Source: Fidelibacterota bacterium (GTDB lineage: Bacteria; Fidelibacterota; Marinisomatia; Marinisomatales; JABMOV01). Taken from it: a stretch of 64,000 nt of DNA. The stretch spans positions 4,948 to 68,947 of the forward strand of contig JBHHUC010000005.1 in assembly GCA_046861395.1 (NCBI GenBank). The letters run 5' to 3'. Made by a program: the position numbers and the translations under genes. Below are positions 1 through 9,923 of the stretch, one piece after another (the stretch's first letter is position 1; each line of letters opens with the position of its first letter). The notes beneath the pieces are model-generated. The model saw nothing but the letters and a program-made list of their open reading frames with translations, searched no databases and was not told the origin of the DNA.

Positions 1-332
1 GCACGGATAGTTCCGAAAAAGGCAAGATCATGTGGGCGCGGGTGAAAGGACGGACTGAAAACATGGTTTTGAACATGGGCTTTAAGGATGCCTACGCCTT
101 TCGCCCGGGACTGATTTTACCCGTAAAAGGGGTTAAGTCGAAAACTGCTTGGTATAATGCCTTTTATGTCGCCGCACGTCCCCTTTTTCCTTTACTGATC
201 CGTTTGAATTCTGTCACAACCAGCGCAGCCGTGGGCCAGGCCATGATTGCCTCAGTGCTTCATCCTGTCAACAAGAAACACCTTGAAAACCGGGATATAA
301 ACGAATTGGCTCTAACCCTAAATCCCAAATAG
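1..332 (+). CDS. NAD(P)H-binding/epimerase-family oxidoreductase, C-terminal part (5' end outside window)
   Basis: The frame is open from nt 3 (TDSSEKGKI precedes the listed Met), so the gene enters from the left edge. 'KGxxE...FRPGLILP' resembles the C-terminal half of HTATIP2/YbjT-like NAD(P)-binding proteins. Assignment is by recall only. Confidence 0.45.
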   Translation, partial: TDSSEKGKIMWARVKGRTENMVLNMGFKDAYAFRPGLILPVKGVKSKTAWYNAFYVAARPLFPLLIRLNSVTTSAAVGQAMIASVLHPVNKKHLENRDINELALTLNPK

Positions 333-337
333 GCTGT

Positions 338-730
338 ATGAATCCCATTCTCATCATGGCGGGTATTATCGCCGTTGTGGCAGTTGTCACGACGGTGTTT
401 GCCCTTAATCATTATCGCAAAGAACAAAAGCTTCGTCACCAGTATCCTGGGTTTCCCAAAGGGTACTGGATGAGTCAGGGCATGGGTATTGGCGTGGCAC
501 TTGGGGCCGGAATAGGGGTTGCGTTGGGCAATCTTGCCATTGGGATCGGCGTGGGTATCGCCATCGGAGCTGGTATTGGATCTGCCAATGAAAAGAAACA
601 TGCCCATGAGACGCGGCCTGCCACGCCGGAGGAACTGGTCTTGCGCCGTCAGGCTATGCGGTTTATGCTTGGGATATTTTTAGCAGGACTGGTTGTTTTA
701 CTGCTCTTGTTTTTATTTCTGAGGGAATAG
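338..730 (+). CDS. small membrane protein with glycine-zipper segment
   Basis: 130-aa ORF with an N-terminal and a C-terminal hydrophobic helix. The central segment 'GMGIGVALGAGIGVALGNLAIGIGVGIAIGAGIG' is a GxxxG glycine-zipper repeat. Confidence 0.55.
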   Translation: MNPILIMAGIIAVVAVVTTVFALNHYRKEQKLRHQYPGFPKGYWMSQGMGIGVALGAGIGVALGNLAIGIGVGIAIGAGIGSANEKKHAHETRPATPEELVLRRQAMRFMLGIFLAGLVVLLLLFLFLRE

Positions 731-781
731 CCTGTTGACCACAAAGTCTTCCTATCGTACATTAAATTTGGGAGTTATATC

Positions 782-3607
782 ATGACAAAACGATTATCAA
801 TTGTTCTCTTGTGCCTCACGTATGCTTGTGTCCCTCCGGAACCTGTGCCTGTATCTGAATCAATGAGAGAAACTTCGTCCGTATTACCAATCGATCCAGC
901 GGTTCGCATCGGACATCTTGAAAATGGATTGACCTATTATATTCGTACCAATTCCGAACCGGAAAACCGTGCTGAACTCCGCCTGGTCGTGAATGCCGGA
1001 TCTGTTCTTGAGGATGATGATCAGCAGGGACTGGCCCACCTCCTGGAGCACATGGCGTTTAACGGTACCAATCATTTTGAGAAACAGCAATTAGTCGATT
1101 ACCTGGAATCTATCGGAACCAAATTCGGTCCCGACCTGAATGCCTACACCAGTTTCGATCAAACCGTCTATATGCTGAAGGTACCTACCGATAGTCTCGA
1201 TCAGCTGGCAACCGCCTTCCAGATTTTGGAAGACTGGGCCCACAACATTACCCTGGATCCGGAAGAAATTGACAAGGAACGGGGCGTTGTGCATGAAGAA
1301 TGGCGGCTGGGGCGCGGTGCCCAGGCCCGTATGCGGGATAAACAGTTTCCCATCCTGTTCAAAGATTCCCAATATGCCAAACGCCTGCCCATCGGTCAGT
1401 ATGATGTTATCGATACGGCCCATTATGAAACCATCCGGCGTTTTTATCGGGACTGGTACCGTCCCGACCTCATGGCTATAATGGCCGTCGGTGATTTCGA
1501 TCCGGGCTGGGTCGAGGAAAAAATCATTTCCCATTTCAACGGATTGACTAATCCACAACCGGAACGGGAACGCATTTATTTCCCCGTGCCGAATCATGAT
1601 GAAGAACTGGTTGCCACGGCCACGGACCCGGAAGCAACCATGACGTTCGCTTCATTGTATATCAAACGCGATCCGGTCAGGCCTGTGACCGTAACGGATT
1701 ACCGGGATATATTAATCCACGATCTTTTGTCGGAAATGTTAAACGCCCGGCTGGAAGAACGAACCCGGGAATCCGATCCGCCTTTTATTTTTGGTTTTAC
1801 AGGGCAGGGTTCTTTCGTCCGCACCAAGAATATTGTTTACCTGGGGGCCGCCATGTCTAGCGACAAAATCGTCACCGGCCTGCGGGCTCTGCTCGAAGAA
1901 GTGGAACGGGCCCGGCGATTTGGCTTTACTCAAACGGAATTGGAGCGGGAAAAGGCCGAGCAAATGAAATGGATTGAAAAAACTTATAATGATCGGGAAA
2001 ACATTTCGTCCCGACGGCTGGTCAATCAATATATCAATCATTTTCTTTTGGAAGAACCGGTGCCGGGAATTGAAAATGATTATGCCCTTTACAAGATGCT
2101 GTTGCCGGACATATCCCTGGATGAAGTCAATGCCGCCGTACCGGAAACCTATACCCGCGGCAATAATGTGTTCATGATTAATGCCCCGGAAAAAGAAGGT
2201 GTTTCCATTCCAGACGACCAGGAGATCCTGGTCCTGAGTGACGATGTTGCCACCATGGACATCACCCCTTATGTCGACAATGTCAGCGATGAACCGCTGA
2301 TTGCCAATACTCTGGCGAACGGTACTATTATACAGGACACCGTCTATGACAATGTGGGAATCAAGGAATGGACCCTGTCCAATGGTGTGAAAGTACAATT
2401 CAAGGTCACCGATTTTAAGAATGATGAAATACTCTTTTCCGCTCAGAGTCCCGGCGGACATTCTCTTACCAGCGACAGTAATTTCCTTTCGGCCGCCTAT
2501 GCCACCGCCATTATCACTTCCTCCGGCCTGGCCCAGTTCGATGTCAACACATTCAAGAAGAAAATGAGCGGAAAAGTCGTATCGGTGCGACCCTGGATCT
2601 CCAATCTCCAGGAAGGACTGTCCGGCAATACCCGTCCCGAAGATCTGGAAACATTAATGCAAATCATCTATCTATATTTCACACAACCGCGGGCTGATTC
2701 TGTCGGTTTCAATGCTTTCCTCCAATTGCAGCGCGGCGTACTGGAAAACCGGTCGGCCAGTCCAGAGGCAGCTTATCGTGATACGCTGAATGTTACCTTG
2801 GCTAACTATCACTCCCGGCGACGACCCATGACAATTAAACGATTGCAGGAAATCAATCTAGATTCCGCATTTTCCTTCTATGTGGATCGTTTTCGTGATG
2901 CTTCTGATTTTACCTTTTTCTTTGTAGGGGCCATCGATACGGCTGTATTTCGGCCCCTGGTGGAATATTACCTGGGCAGCCTGCCCGCTTTCTCCCGCAG
3001 GGAAACCTGGCGGGATATCGGCGTTCGAACCCCGGAGAATACGGTTAAGAAGGCTATTTACCGCGGCGTTGAACCAAAGAGTCTCACGACCATTTCCTTC
3101 TCGGCGCCCTTTGACTGGACACCCTATAATGAGTTCATCCTGAAATCGTCAGTCCAGGCCATGCGAATCAAATTGCGGGAAGTCCTGCGGGAAGACCAGA
3201 GCGGAACCTATGGCGTCCGCCTGTCCGCCGGGGCCACGCATTATCCCATCGAGCAGGCCCAGCTGACCATCTCATTCGGCGCTGACCCGGATCGGATTGA
3301 CACCCTGACCACCATTGTATTTGACCAGATCGACAGCCTGAAACAATTCGGACTCTCCGATAAATATGTGAAAAAAGTCCGGGAAATCCTGCGCCGGGAA
3401 CGGGAAACCAATCTCAGGAAAAACCGCTTCTGGCTGGGCACCATGCGTTCATTCACTTTTCATGGCCGGGATTATTCTGATTTCGACGACTATGATGAAT
3501 GGATCGCCGGTTTTTCGTCCGACCATATCCGGGAAACCGTCAACGCCCTGTTTACCGATCGTTATGTCCGGGTGACACTTTACCCCGAAAACGGAGAGAG
3601 TCCCTGA
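782..3607 (+). CDS. M16 (pitrilysin/insulinase) family zinc peptidase, secreted/lipoprotein-like
   Basis: 941 aa with the inverted zinc motif HxxEH ('HLLEHMAFNGT') near the N-terminus. The length fits two tandem M16 halves. The signal-like N-terminus 'LSIVLLCLTYAC' contains a Cys. Confidence 0.9.
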   Translation: MTKRLSIVLLCLTYACVPPEPVPVSESMRETSSVLPIDPAVRIGHLENGLTYYIRTNSEPENRAELRLVVNAGSVLEDDDQQGLAHLLEHMAFNGTNHFEKQQLVDYLESIGTKFGPDLNAYTSFDQTVYMLKVPTDSLDQLATAFQILEDWAHNITLDPEEIDKERGVVHEEWRLGRGAQARMRDKQFPILFKDSQYAKRLPIGQYDVIDTAHYETIRRFYRDWYRPDLMAIMAVGDFDPGWVEEKIISHFNGLTNPQPERERIYFPVPNHDEELVATATDPEATMTFASLYIKRDPVRPVTVTDYRDILIHDLLSEMLNARLEERTRESDPPFIFGFTGQGSFVRTKNIVYLGAAMSSDKIVTGLRALLEEVERARRFGFTQTELEREKAEQMKWIEKTYNDRENISSRRLVNQYINHFLLEEPVPGIENDYALYKMLLPDISLDEVNAAVPETYTRGNNVFMINAPEKEGVSIPDDQEILVLSDDVATMDITPYVDNVSDEPLIANTLANGTIIQDTVYDNVGIKEWTLSNGVKVQFKVTDFKNDEILFSAQSPGGHSLTSDSNFLSAAYATAIITSSGLAQFDVNTFKKKMSGKVVSVRPWISNLQEGLSGNTRPEDLETLMQIIYLYFTQPRADSVGFNAFLQLQRGVLENRSASPEAAYRDTLNVTLANYHSRRRPMTIKRLQEINLDSAFSFYVDRFRDASDFTFFFVGAIDTAVFRPLVEYYLGSLPAFSRRETWRDIGVRTPENTVKKAIYRGVEPKSLTTISFSAPFDWTPYNEFILKSSVQAMRIKLREVLREDQSGTYGVRLSAGATHYPIEQAQLTISFGADPDRIDTLTTIVFDQIDSLKQFGLSDKYVKKVREILRRERETNLRKNRFWLGTMRSFTFHGRDYSDFDDYDEWIAGFSSDHIRETVNALFTDRYVRVTLYPENGESP

Positions 3608-3625
3608 TCAGGAAGGAAACGGCTC

Positions 3626-4258
3626 ATGGCATTAGCAGGTGCTTCTTCAATCCGGGAACTGGAGGAACGATATGACCTGATCGCTCCCTGGTTTCCTCTC
3701 TGGGTACGGATTCTGGAATACCGGACGCGGCTTTGGGAAATCCGACAATTACCGGTATCCGATAGCCTGATCATATCTCCTCCCGGCGACCCTTTTCTCG
3801 GATTGTTATTGAAAACTAATACCGGTCGCTCTTCGTACCTCTGCCTTTCCCCGACACTGGAAAAACGAGTAAAGCGTTATTGTGCCCAAAAGCATCTCTC
3901 CGGTCTACATCTGATCCGGGGTTATTCCCTGCCATTCGCCATACCCGACAATCATTTTGATGCCGTTTTCGCCAATTGCCTCTTTGATTTCTGTGACGAT
4001 TCCCTTTTGTCCGTGTTGCTGGCGGAAAGCCTGCGTATTCTGAAACCCGAAGGTCGGTTGTATCTTGTTTTAATGGATCAGCCCCGGACCCTGATGGGAA
4101 CCGGGTGGCAATGGGTGTTTACTCATTTTCCCCGTCTCAGCGGAGGCTGCCATCCCGTTGCCAGCCTCCCTCCGGCAAAAAGGTACACGATCCACACCGG
4201 TGAGCGATGGACTCGTTTCGGTTTTCCGCTGGGATTATTCATCCTGAAAAAACGGTAA
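3626..4258 (+). CDS. class I SAM-dependent methyltransferase-like protein (motif I degenerate)
   Basis: 'FDAVFANCLFDFCDD...LRILKPEGRLYLVLMD' matches the post-I/II/III region of Methyltransf_11-type enzymes. The expected GxGxG SAM loop is not obvious ('LIISPPGDP'). Confidence 0.45.
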   Translation: MALAGASSIRELEERYDLIAPWFPLWVRILEYRTRLWEIRQLPVSDSLIISPPGDPFLGLLLKTNTGRSSYLCLSPTLEKRVKRYCAQKHLSGLHLIRGYSLPFAIPDNHFDAVFANCLFDFCDDSLLSVLLAESLRILKPEGRLYLVLMDQPRTLMGTGWQWVFTHFPRLSGGCHPVASLPPAKRYTIHTGERWTRFGFPLGLFILKKR

Positions 4259-4307
4259 ATAATAAATTCCCACTGTTTCGCTTTACACAAAAACAGTAGG
4301 TTAAACC

Positions 4308-4745
4308 ATGTCAATTTCTATCCGCAACATGCGAAACGTCCTGATTTACTATTATGCGACTTTGCAAACATTGCATTTGCTGGCCCTGTTGCAGGCCGGT
4401 CGGGAATATTTAACAACCGGACAAATCGGTTTTCCGGCCGCAACGGTTACGACTTGGTCGGCGGATGCGATTCCTTTTCTGGTCGGAACCGCCATTCTGG
4501 ACCTTCTCATGATTCCCCTGGCCTGGGTCCTGGTGTGGTGTCTTATCAAACGGGATCCCCGGGAACGAATTGTTGAAACCGTCGCTCTTACCGGGTCGCT
4601 GTATTCCGCCGGAATCTTCCTGCTGGGGACCTGGCCTTCCGGCGCCTGGCAGGCTCATCCCCAGGCCTACGGCCTGCTGGCCATTTTGTTCAGTCCCGTA
4701 ATTCTCTTGGTTATCCTGGAACTATGGTGGAGGAAAAACCCATGA
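4308..4745 (+). CDS. hypothetical polytopic membrane protein
   Basis: 145-aa ORF with about four hydrophobic helices. No recognisable family. Confidence 0.5.
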   Translation: MSISIRNMRNVLIYYYATLQTLHLLALLQAGREYLTTGQIGFPAATVTTWSADAIPFLVGTAILDLLMIPLAWVLVWCLIKRDPRERIVETVALTGSLYSAGIFLLGTWPSGAWQAHPQAYGLLAILFSPVILLVILELWWRKNP

Positions 4746-5080
4746 CAATGGATCTCTTTTATACTTCCCTGGCGGAAACGGCCAAGGCCTGGCTCTATGT
4801 CTTCTTCATCCTGCTGATCTTTTTTGCCCTCTGGCAGCGAAAGCAGGGTCGACCCGGCTGGAGGAACTGGATCCACGCTATCATTCTCATCAACTTTATC
4901 ATCGGTGGTCTCTACTGTGGGCTGCGCATGCTTACCACCGATCCTATGACCGATATGATCGTACGGCGCATGTTTGCCTGGGAAGCGTGGTTTTGTTTCG
5001 GCGGTGCCAGTTTCTACTTTCTGGGTCTCACATTTTTAAGTTATATAAAGCAGGGGCATTCCGGGTCCGAAAACGGTTAA
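4724..5080 (+). CDS. hypothetical membrane protein
   Basis: 118-aa ORF with about three hydrophobic helices. It overlaps the previous ORF by 22 nt, suggesting coupling. Confidence 0.45.
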   Translation: MVEEKPMTMDLFYTSLAETAKAWLYVFFILLIFFALWQRKQGRPGWRNWIHAIILINFIIGGLYCGLRMLTTDPMTDMIVRRMFAWEAWFCFGGASFYFLGLTFLSYIKQGHSGSENG

Positions 5081-5187
5081 ATTTCCCGACAACTTTTCCT
5101 GAGACCAGAACCAACATGTGGAGCGTTTCTACTCCGAATGTGTTTTGAATCATTACCAATGACCATTTTATCAGATAAGGAATAATT

Positions 5188-5679
5188 ATGGAAAATATTC
5201 TCATCAATCAATCGGTGGCCATCCTTTGTGATGGAAATAACATTGAACGCAGCATCCATGAATTATCGGGGACTAAAAATGCCATGATAAATTTTGACAT
5301 GCTGATTCCCAAATTACTGAATGACCGCGGCCTGAACCGCTTATTATACTTCCGGGAAGGGAAGTCCATTTCATCCAAATTTGCTGAACGGCTCCATGAA
5401 AACTATTATGGGTCTGTCATCCCGTGCCATAAATCGGCTGATATTCCACTCTCAATCAAGGCTACCCAACTGGCCTCCAAGGTGGATACCATTATTATCA
5501 TGTCCGGTGATTCCGACTACGTGGATCTAGTTTCACATTTAAAGGGGGAAGGGGTTCGCGTGGAAATTGCTGCCGTGAAACAGACCACGGCCCGGGTCCT
5601 GGTGGAAGAAGCAGACTATTTCCACGAAATCACTAAGGAAGACTGGTTTATATACAAAGCACCGCGGAAGCAGAGATAA
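5188..5679 (+). CDS. NYN/LabA-like domain protein (putative RNase fold)
   Basis: 'VAILCDGNNIE' at the N-terminus and 'IIIMSGDSDYVDLVSHLKGEGVRVEIAA' are the characteristic acidic motifs of NYN (DUF88/LabA) domains. Confidence 0.75.
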   Translation: MENILINQSVAILCDGNNIERSIHELSGTKNAMINFDMLIPKLLNDRGLNRLLYFREGKSISSKFAERLHENYYGSVIPCHKSADIPLSIKATQLASKVDTIIIMSGDSDYVDLVSHLKGEGVRVEIAAVKQTTARVLVEEADYFHEITKEDWFIYKAPRKQR

Positions 5680-5791
5680 ACCAAAGCGTTAAACGTGGGA
5701 AACGATTCTAAAAAGCCCAACGGACAGCTTTCCAGTGCCATGCCTGTGGGTATTTACATGACTTTGTCTGAATTCATGGGGCAGAAGATAT

Positions 5792-7138
5792 TTAAAGCAG
5801 AGCCTGAGCCCGCTCAATATTGCCTGTTTTCCCGTAAAGCCCAATCAATATTTTCTTGATGCGGTCGTTCTTGGGATTTTGTGTATACAGATTTTCAAAC
5901 AGGGGCAGGGCTTGTTGAAATTTTTCCTGCTTGATGCGGGTAATGCCCAGCAATTCCGTGTATGATTCATCCTCCAGGATGGAGGTTCCGGCACTTGTCA
6001 ATACTTTTTCCAGGGCTGTCAGGTTATTGGTTTCCTGATAGAGATGAATAAGCCGGTTTATAATTTCACGATGATTCGGGCGTTTTTGTAACAATTCTTC
6101 ATATAGGTCAATGGCATTGGGGGCATTTCCCAGATCGGAATACAAACCGGCCAGGGTGAATTTTATTTTTTCGTCGGGAATCAGGATATCGGTGGAAACC
6201 CGTTTTTTTTGCCCTTTCAGTTGCCGGGTTACCCGCAATAGTTTTTTCAGATAAAGAACGGCCTTTTCCGGCTGCTGATCTTTAAGAGCCAGTTTATATT
6301 GTAAATAATACCCGGCGGCCTGTACCGGCTGCAGGCTCAGCGATTTCCGGATATATTTTTTTGCTTCCTGATATTTTCCCAGTGCAAACAGTGTTTCACT
6401 GTAAGTATTATACAGGGAGACGGTCATTTTTTTATCAAATTGTTTCAACGCGACGGCTCGCTCATAGTGTCCCAGAGCCTTATCATAATCCCGGTTAATT
6501 GCCAGATGCTGGGCCAGAGTATAATGTGCATAGGCACTTTTGGGATTTTCCTCTACCTGTTGCAATAACAAATTCCGGTTCCGTTCGTTTTTGGCCGCCG
6601 CCTTGCCACCGGAATAGTTGTAACCCGTATGGTACAATACAATGTTGGATTCCCGTTCCACGCCGCCCAGACGAACCACACTGGGAGACACCTGTTCGTG
6701 AATCCGTCCGATAAAATAGATTCCCTTGAAATTATTGAATAGCCGATGGGCCCCGGACAAGGAATAGGTTCCGTCGCGCTTTATGTTTTGGATTTGCACA
6801 CCGTAGATGACGGGGGACTTTTCTTCCCTGAGCAGTGACAGCAACTCTTTCTGTGATTTTTCCATTAATGTTTCATCGGCATCCAGCCACAGAATCCAAT
6901 CTCCGGTGGCATAGGAAATGGACGTATTCCGGGCCGCCGAAAAATCATCAATCCAGCGAAAAGAGTACACCTCGGCCCCATGTTCCCGCGCAATGGCCAC
7001 CGTTCGGTCGGTTGAACCCGTATCGACAACAACAATTTGATCCGCCACCGGGCGAACGCTGGCCAGACAATCTCCCAGGCATGATTCTTCGTTCTTAACG
7101 ATTAGACAGACGGACAGTGTTTGACGTTTGAGTGTCAT
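5792..7138 (-). CDS. family-2 glycosyltransferase fused to C-terminal TPR repeats
   Basis: The N-terminus 'SVCLIVKNEE...VVVDTGSTDRT...DDFSAARN...LWLDADE' carries the GT2 DxD-type signature. The C-terminal ~250 aa has repeated TPR-like 'A..Y....L......A' units. Confidence 0.85.
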   Translation of the reverse strand: MTLKRQTLSVCLIVKNEESCLGDCLASVRPVADQIVVVDTGSTDRTVAIAREHGAEVYSFRWIDDFSAARNTSISYATGDWILWLDADETLMEKSQKELLSLLREEKSPVIYGVQIQNIKRDGTYSLSGAHRLFNNFKGIYFIGRIHEQVSPSVVRLGGVERESNIVLYHTGYNYSGGKAAAKNERNRNLLLQQVEENPKSAYAHYTLAQHLAINRDYDKALGHYERAVALKQFDKKMTVSLYNTYSETLFALGKYQEAKKYIRKSLSLQPVQAAGYYLQYKLALKDQQPEKAVLYLKKLLRVTRQLKGQKKRVSTDILIPDEKIKFTLAGLYSDLGNAPNAIDLYEELLQKRPNHREIINRLIHLYQETNNLTALEKVLTSAGTSILEDESYTELLGITRIKQEKFQQALPLFENLYTQNPKNDRIKKILIGLYGKTGNIERAQALL

Positions 7139-8001
7139 GGTGTATGGTTCAGATTTTTCAATTTGGTTTCAATGGCCTCAATCACGGCCGCTACTGTAAT
7201 GTTCTTTTGACATTTGACGGCGTAAGGACAGGGTTCTTTTCGGTGAACGGCAATAGCATTGTATTCACGGTAACAGGGTGAACAGTCTTCGCCTGACCAT
7301 AAATTTGTGGCCGTGGGATAACCGGAACCTACGGGGCTGGTGCTGCCGAAAATGACAACCGCCGGTTTCTTAAATGCCCCCGCTACATGATTGGGAAAAC
7401 TGTCAATGCCCAGAAAAAGGTCTGACTCCGCAACGCAGGCCGCGCTGAGCCGGATATTCATTACGCCGTTCATGGTGACGGCATTTTTCAGGACCGGCTC
7501 ATTCCGGCCACCGATCTGAATAAACACCAAGCGACCGAAAAAATGATTCACGACTTGCTGCCAGTTTTCAACCGGCCACTCCTTATAGGGCGACCATCCG
7601 GCTTTGATATGGATTGTGGCGACGGGAAGCGGAGAAAATTTCCGTACCAGGGTCCGGGCAAAGGAACGTTCGCTCTTGGTGAAGCATATCCGGCCGGCAA
7701 TTTCCATCACCGGTATTCCATTTGACCGAGCAAATTCCCGGGCCAGATGATCCTGCAACGGAACATCTGGATAACCGTCTTTCACGGGATACTCGAACCA
7801 GACCGTACGATTCGCCTCAAGATTCACGGGAGAAATTTCATCAATGTCGGGATTTTCCAACAGAAGATCGGGATTCATGGTGACAAATCGGATCAAGGCA
7901 TCCGGGTGCTTCTGTCGCAGGGCTCGAACGGCAGGTGTGGTCATCAGAACATCACCGATGGCACCGGCACGGCAGCATTCAATGACATAGGGACGCGACA
8001 T
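7135..8001 (-). CDS. GT9 (heptosyltransferase-like) glycosyltransferase
   Basis: 'RAGAIGDVLMTTPAVRALRQKHPDA' is the typical GT9 N-terminal motif, and 'GIDSFPNHVAGAF' matches the C-terminal motif. The ORF is open to 8091, but Met at 8001 ('MSRPYVIE') avoids overlapping the upstream gene. Confidence 0.75.
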   Translation of the reverse strand: MSRPYVIECCRAGAIGDVLMTTPAVRALRQKHPDALIRFVTMNPDLLLENPDIDEISPVNLEANRTVWFEYPVKDGYPDVPLQDHLAREFARSNGIPVMEIAGRICFTKSERSFARTLVRKFSPLPVATIHIKAGWSPYKEWPVENWQQVVNHFFGRLVFIQIGGRNEPVLKNAVTMNGVMNIRLSAACVAESDLFLGIDSFPNHVAGAFKKPAVVIFGSTSPVGSGYPTATNLWSGEDCSPCYREYNAIAVHRKEPCPYAVKCQKNITVAAVIEAIETKLKNLNHTP

Positions 8002-8008
8002 CGTGCAT

Positions 8009-8785
8009 CTACGTTTTTTCATATCCCAGATGTTCCAGAGTGGGGCCGATAGCAGATTGAAAATAATCACAATCTGCGGTAGATAATTCATGACGATAAC
8101 GGCCTGAGATTCCGGGTCCGGGCTGGATCACATTGTGTTGCCGGTTAGGACGGACAGGTGTTTTCAATGGCTTGCCTAAGAAAATGCTCATTTTTTCAAC
8201 CGTAGCATTGAATTCATCGTTTAGGTCTTCATACTGCAGAACAAATATTTCCTCTTTCGGTCGCGTAGCGGCGAAAGACAACCAACCCCGCACATGAGAT
8301 TCCCAGCGGTGAAGGACCGTGGGTTCCTGTTCTTTCTGATAGCGCAACATGGCGCCCCGGGGAGCCGAACGGATAAATTCACCGACAGATGAACAGTTCG
8401 GACCTTCATCCCATCCTCGGGCATGACCATGATTTATCAGGTGCCAATTACTGAGCATCGTATCCCGGGGGTCACGATAGATATAAAAAATTTGAAACTG
8501 CGAACAGAAATAATCGGCAAAGGGTTTAATAAAAGCAACCGGATGATGTGATTTCAGGACATTGATTACCGGTTTATTGTGTACCTGTCGAAAATAGTTC
8601 TCCAGGCTTTCTGTTGCGTGGAAATTCAAGCCCTGTTCAAAATCCAGATTCCACCAAGGCTTGGCGATATAACCGAAATTCTCCGCCAGTGTATTCATTA
8701 AGAAATGTGTCCCCGACCGTTCGTGACTGATGACGGCAACCTTCTTCTGCGGTTCCGGACTCAGACTCAGCGTTAATTGGGGCAT
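8009..8785 (-). CDS. sulfotransferase-domain protein
   Basis: The 5'-PSB-like loop is 'VISHERSGTHFLMNTL'. The 3'-PB-like motif is 'IYRDPRDTMLS'. The size (258 aa) fits a stand-alone PAPS-dependent sulfotransferase. Confidence 0.75.
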   Translation of the reverse strand: MPQLTLSLSPEPQKKVAVISHERSGTHFLMNTLAENFGYIAKPWWNLDFEQGLNFHATESLENYFRQVHNKPVINVLKSHHPVAFIKPFADYFCSQFQIFYIYRDPRDTMLSNWHLINHGHARGWDEGPNCSSVGEFIRSAPRGAMLRYQKEQEPTVLHRWESHVRGWLSFAATRPKEEIFVLQYEDLNDEFNATVEKMSIFLGKPLKTPVRPNRQHNVIQPGPGISGRYRHELSTADCDYFQSAIGPTLEHLGYEKT

Positions 8786-8800
8786 GGGTATTCTACCTGT

Positions 8801-9922
8801 CTATCCGGTCTGAAAGATGTCGGCATATTTCTCTTTATAGGCCGGGTCGCGTCGATCGGCCATTGTAAATAATGATGCTGCTTTTTGTTCATCTCCCATT
8901 GCTTGTACTATCATTGCCATTTGATGATAGGCCCCGCCATTTTGGGGGTCCAGCCTTAAGATTTTTTTGACACATTCGAGAGCATGAGCCGTTTTTCCTG
9001 ACGCGCGATATACAATGGAAAGGATTAATAAAGCCATTTGATCTATCGGGTTTGTTAAAAGGACGGAGTACAGCAGGTTTTTTGCATCGTTAAGTTTATC
9101 GTCTCTCAAATATTTTAATGACATTTGGCATCGTTTTTTATTCCTGTCCACCAATTGTTCAGATTTTTCCATGAATTTATCATAGTCAATATTGGGCCAT
9201 TTTTGTTTGAATTTTTCTTTTGTTTCTTTTAAACTCTGCTTGTAGTCAATATTATTTTCCATAAAGGTTCTACTTCCGTAGTGATGGATAAAGACGCTCT
9301 CATCACACATTAGTGAAAAACCTTTATTTCGATACCTAATACAAAGATCATCGTCTTCGTAGTTACCCGTTCCTAAAGTCTCATCAAAACCTCCCACCAT
9401 AAAATATTCATTCTTTCTAGCAATTATTGCAAACCCTGCTAGCCGATTGCGTGGAGTTAATTTTCCCTTATTTACTATTCTTATTTTATTGGCAAACTCC
9501 TGAAACTTGTCTCCCCTGTATGGCAATCTTTTTACCATTTGTCTACCACTTATGTAGTTTGTAATCGGGCCAACCAGACCAATTTGAGGATCTTTTTCAA
9601 TGGACGCAACTAAAGATGTTAACCAGTTTTCTGCGACTGTTACATCGTTGTTAAGGAATAACAGGTACTTGCCGGTTGCAATTCTTGCCCCTTGATTATT
9701 TGCTGCTGAGAACCCACGGTTATCTTTATTAAATATTAATTGTACATTCTTGTGATTCTCCTTAACCTCTTCTAAATAATTCTTTGTTCCATCGCGTGAT
9801 CCATTATCAACAATTATGAGTTCAAATTCTGATTGATCCGTATGCTTATAAATAGATTCAATACATTTGATTGTAAACAACTTTGCATTTAACGTGAGAA
9901 TAATTATTGATGTTTTATTCAA
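8801..9922 (-). CDS. family-2 glycosyltransferase fused to C-terminal TPR repeats
   Basis: 'IIILTLN...LIIVDNGSRDGT...NRGFSAANNQG...LFLNNDV...EDDDLC' are GT2 signatures. The C-terminal ~100 aa is TPR-like. The gene lies in the AT-rich segment. Confidence 0.85.
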   Translation of the reverse strand: MNKTSIIILTLNAKLFTIKCIESIYKHTDQSEFELIIVDNGSRDGTKNYLEEVKENHKNVQLIFNKDNRGFSAANNQGARIATGKYLLFLNNDVTVAENWLTSLVASIEKDPQIGLVGPITNYISGRQMVKRLPYRGDKFQEFANKIRIVNKGKLTPRNRLAGFAIIARKNEYFMVGGFDETLGTGNYEDDDLCIRYRNKGFSLMCDESVFIHHYGSRTFMENNIDYKQSLKETKEKFKQKWPNIDYDKFMEKSEQLVDRNKKRCQMSLKYLRDDKLNDAKNLLYSVLLTNPIDQMALLILSIVYRASGKTAHALECVKKILRLDPQNGGAYHQMAMIVQAMGDEQKAASLFTMADRRDPAYKEKYADIFQTG

Positions 9923-9923
9923 T

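Noticed and set aside
884-2461. Several minus-strand ORFs (68-240 aa) inside the M16 peptidase gene.
   Set aside because: They are antisense shadows of a 941-aa gene with a clear HxxEH motif. They have no SD or family features.
3626-4258. Considered calling this a functional methyltransferase linked to flagellin modification.
   Set aside because: It is on the opposite strand and separated from the island by three unrelated genes. Its SAM-binding glycine loop is not evident, so only a tentative family call is kept.
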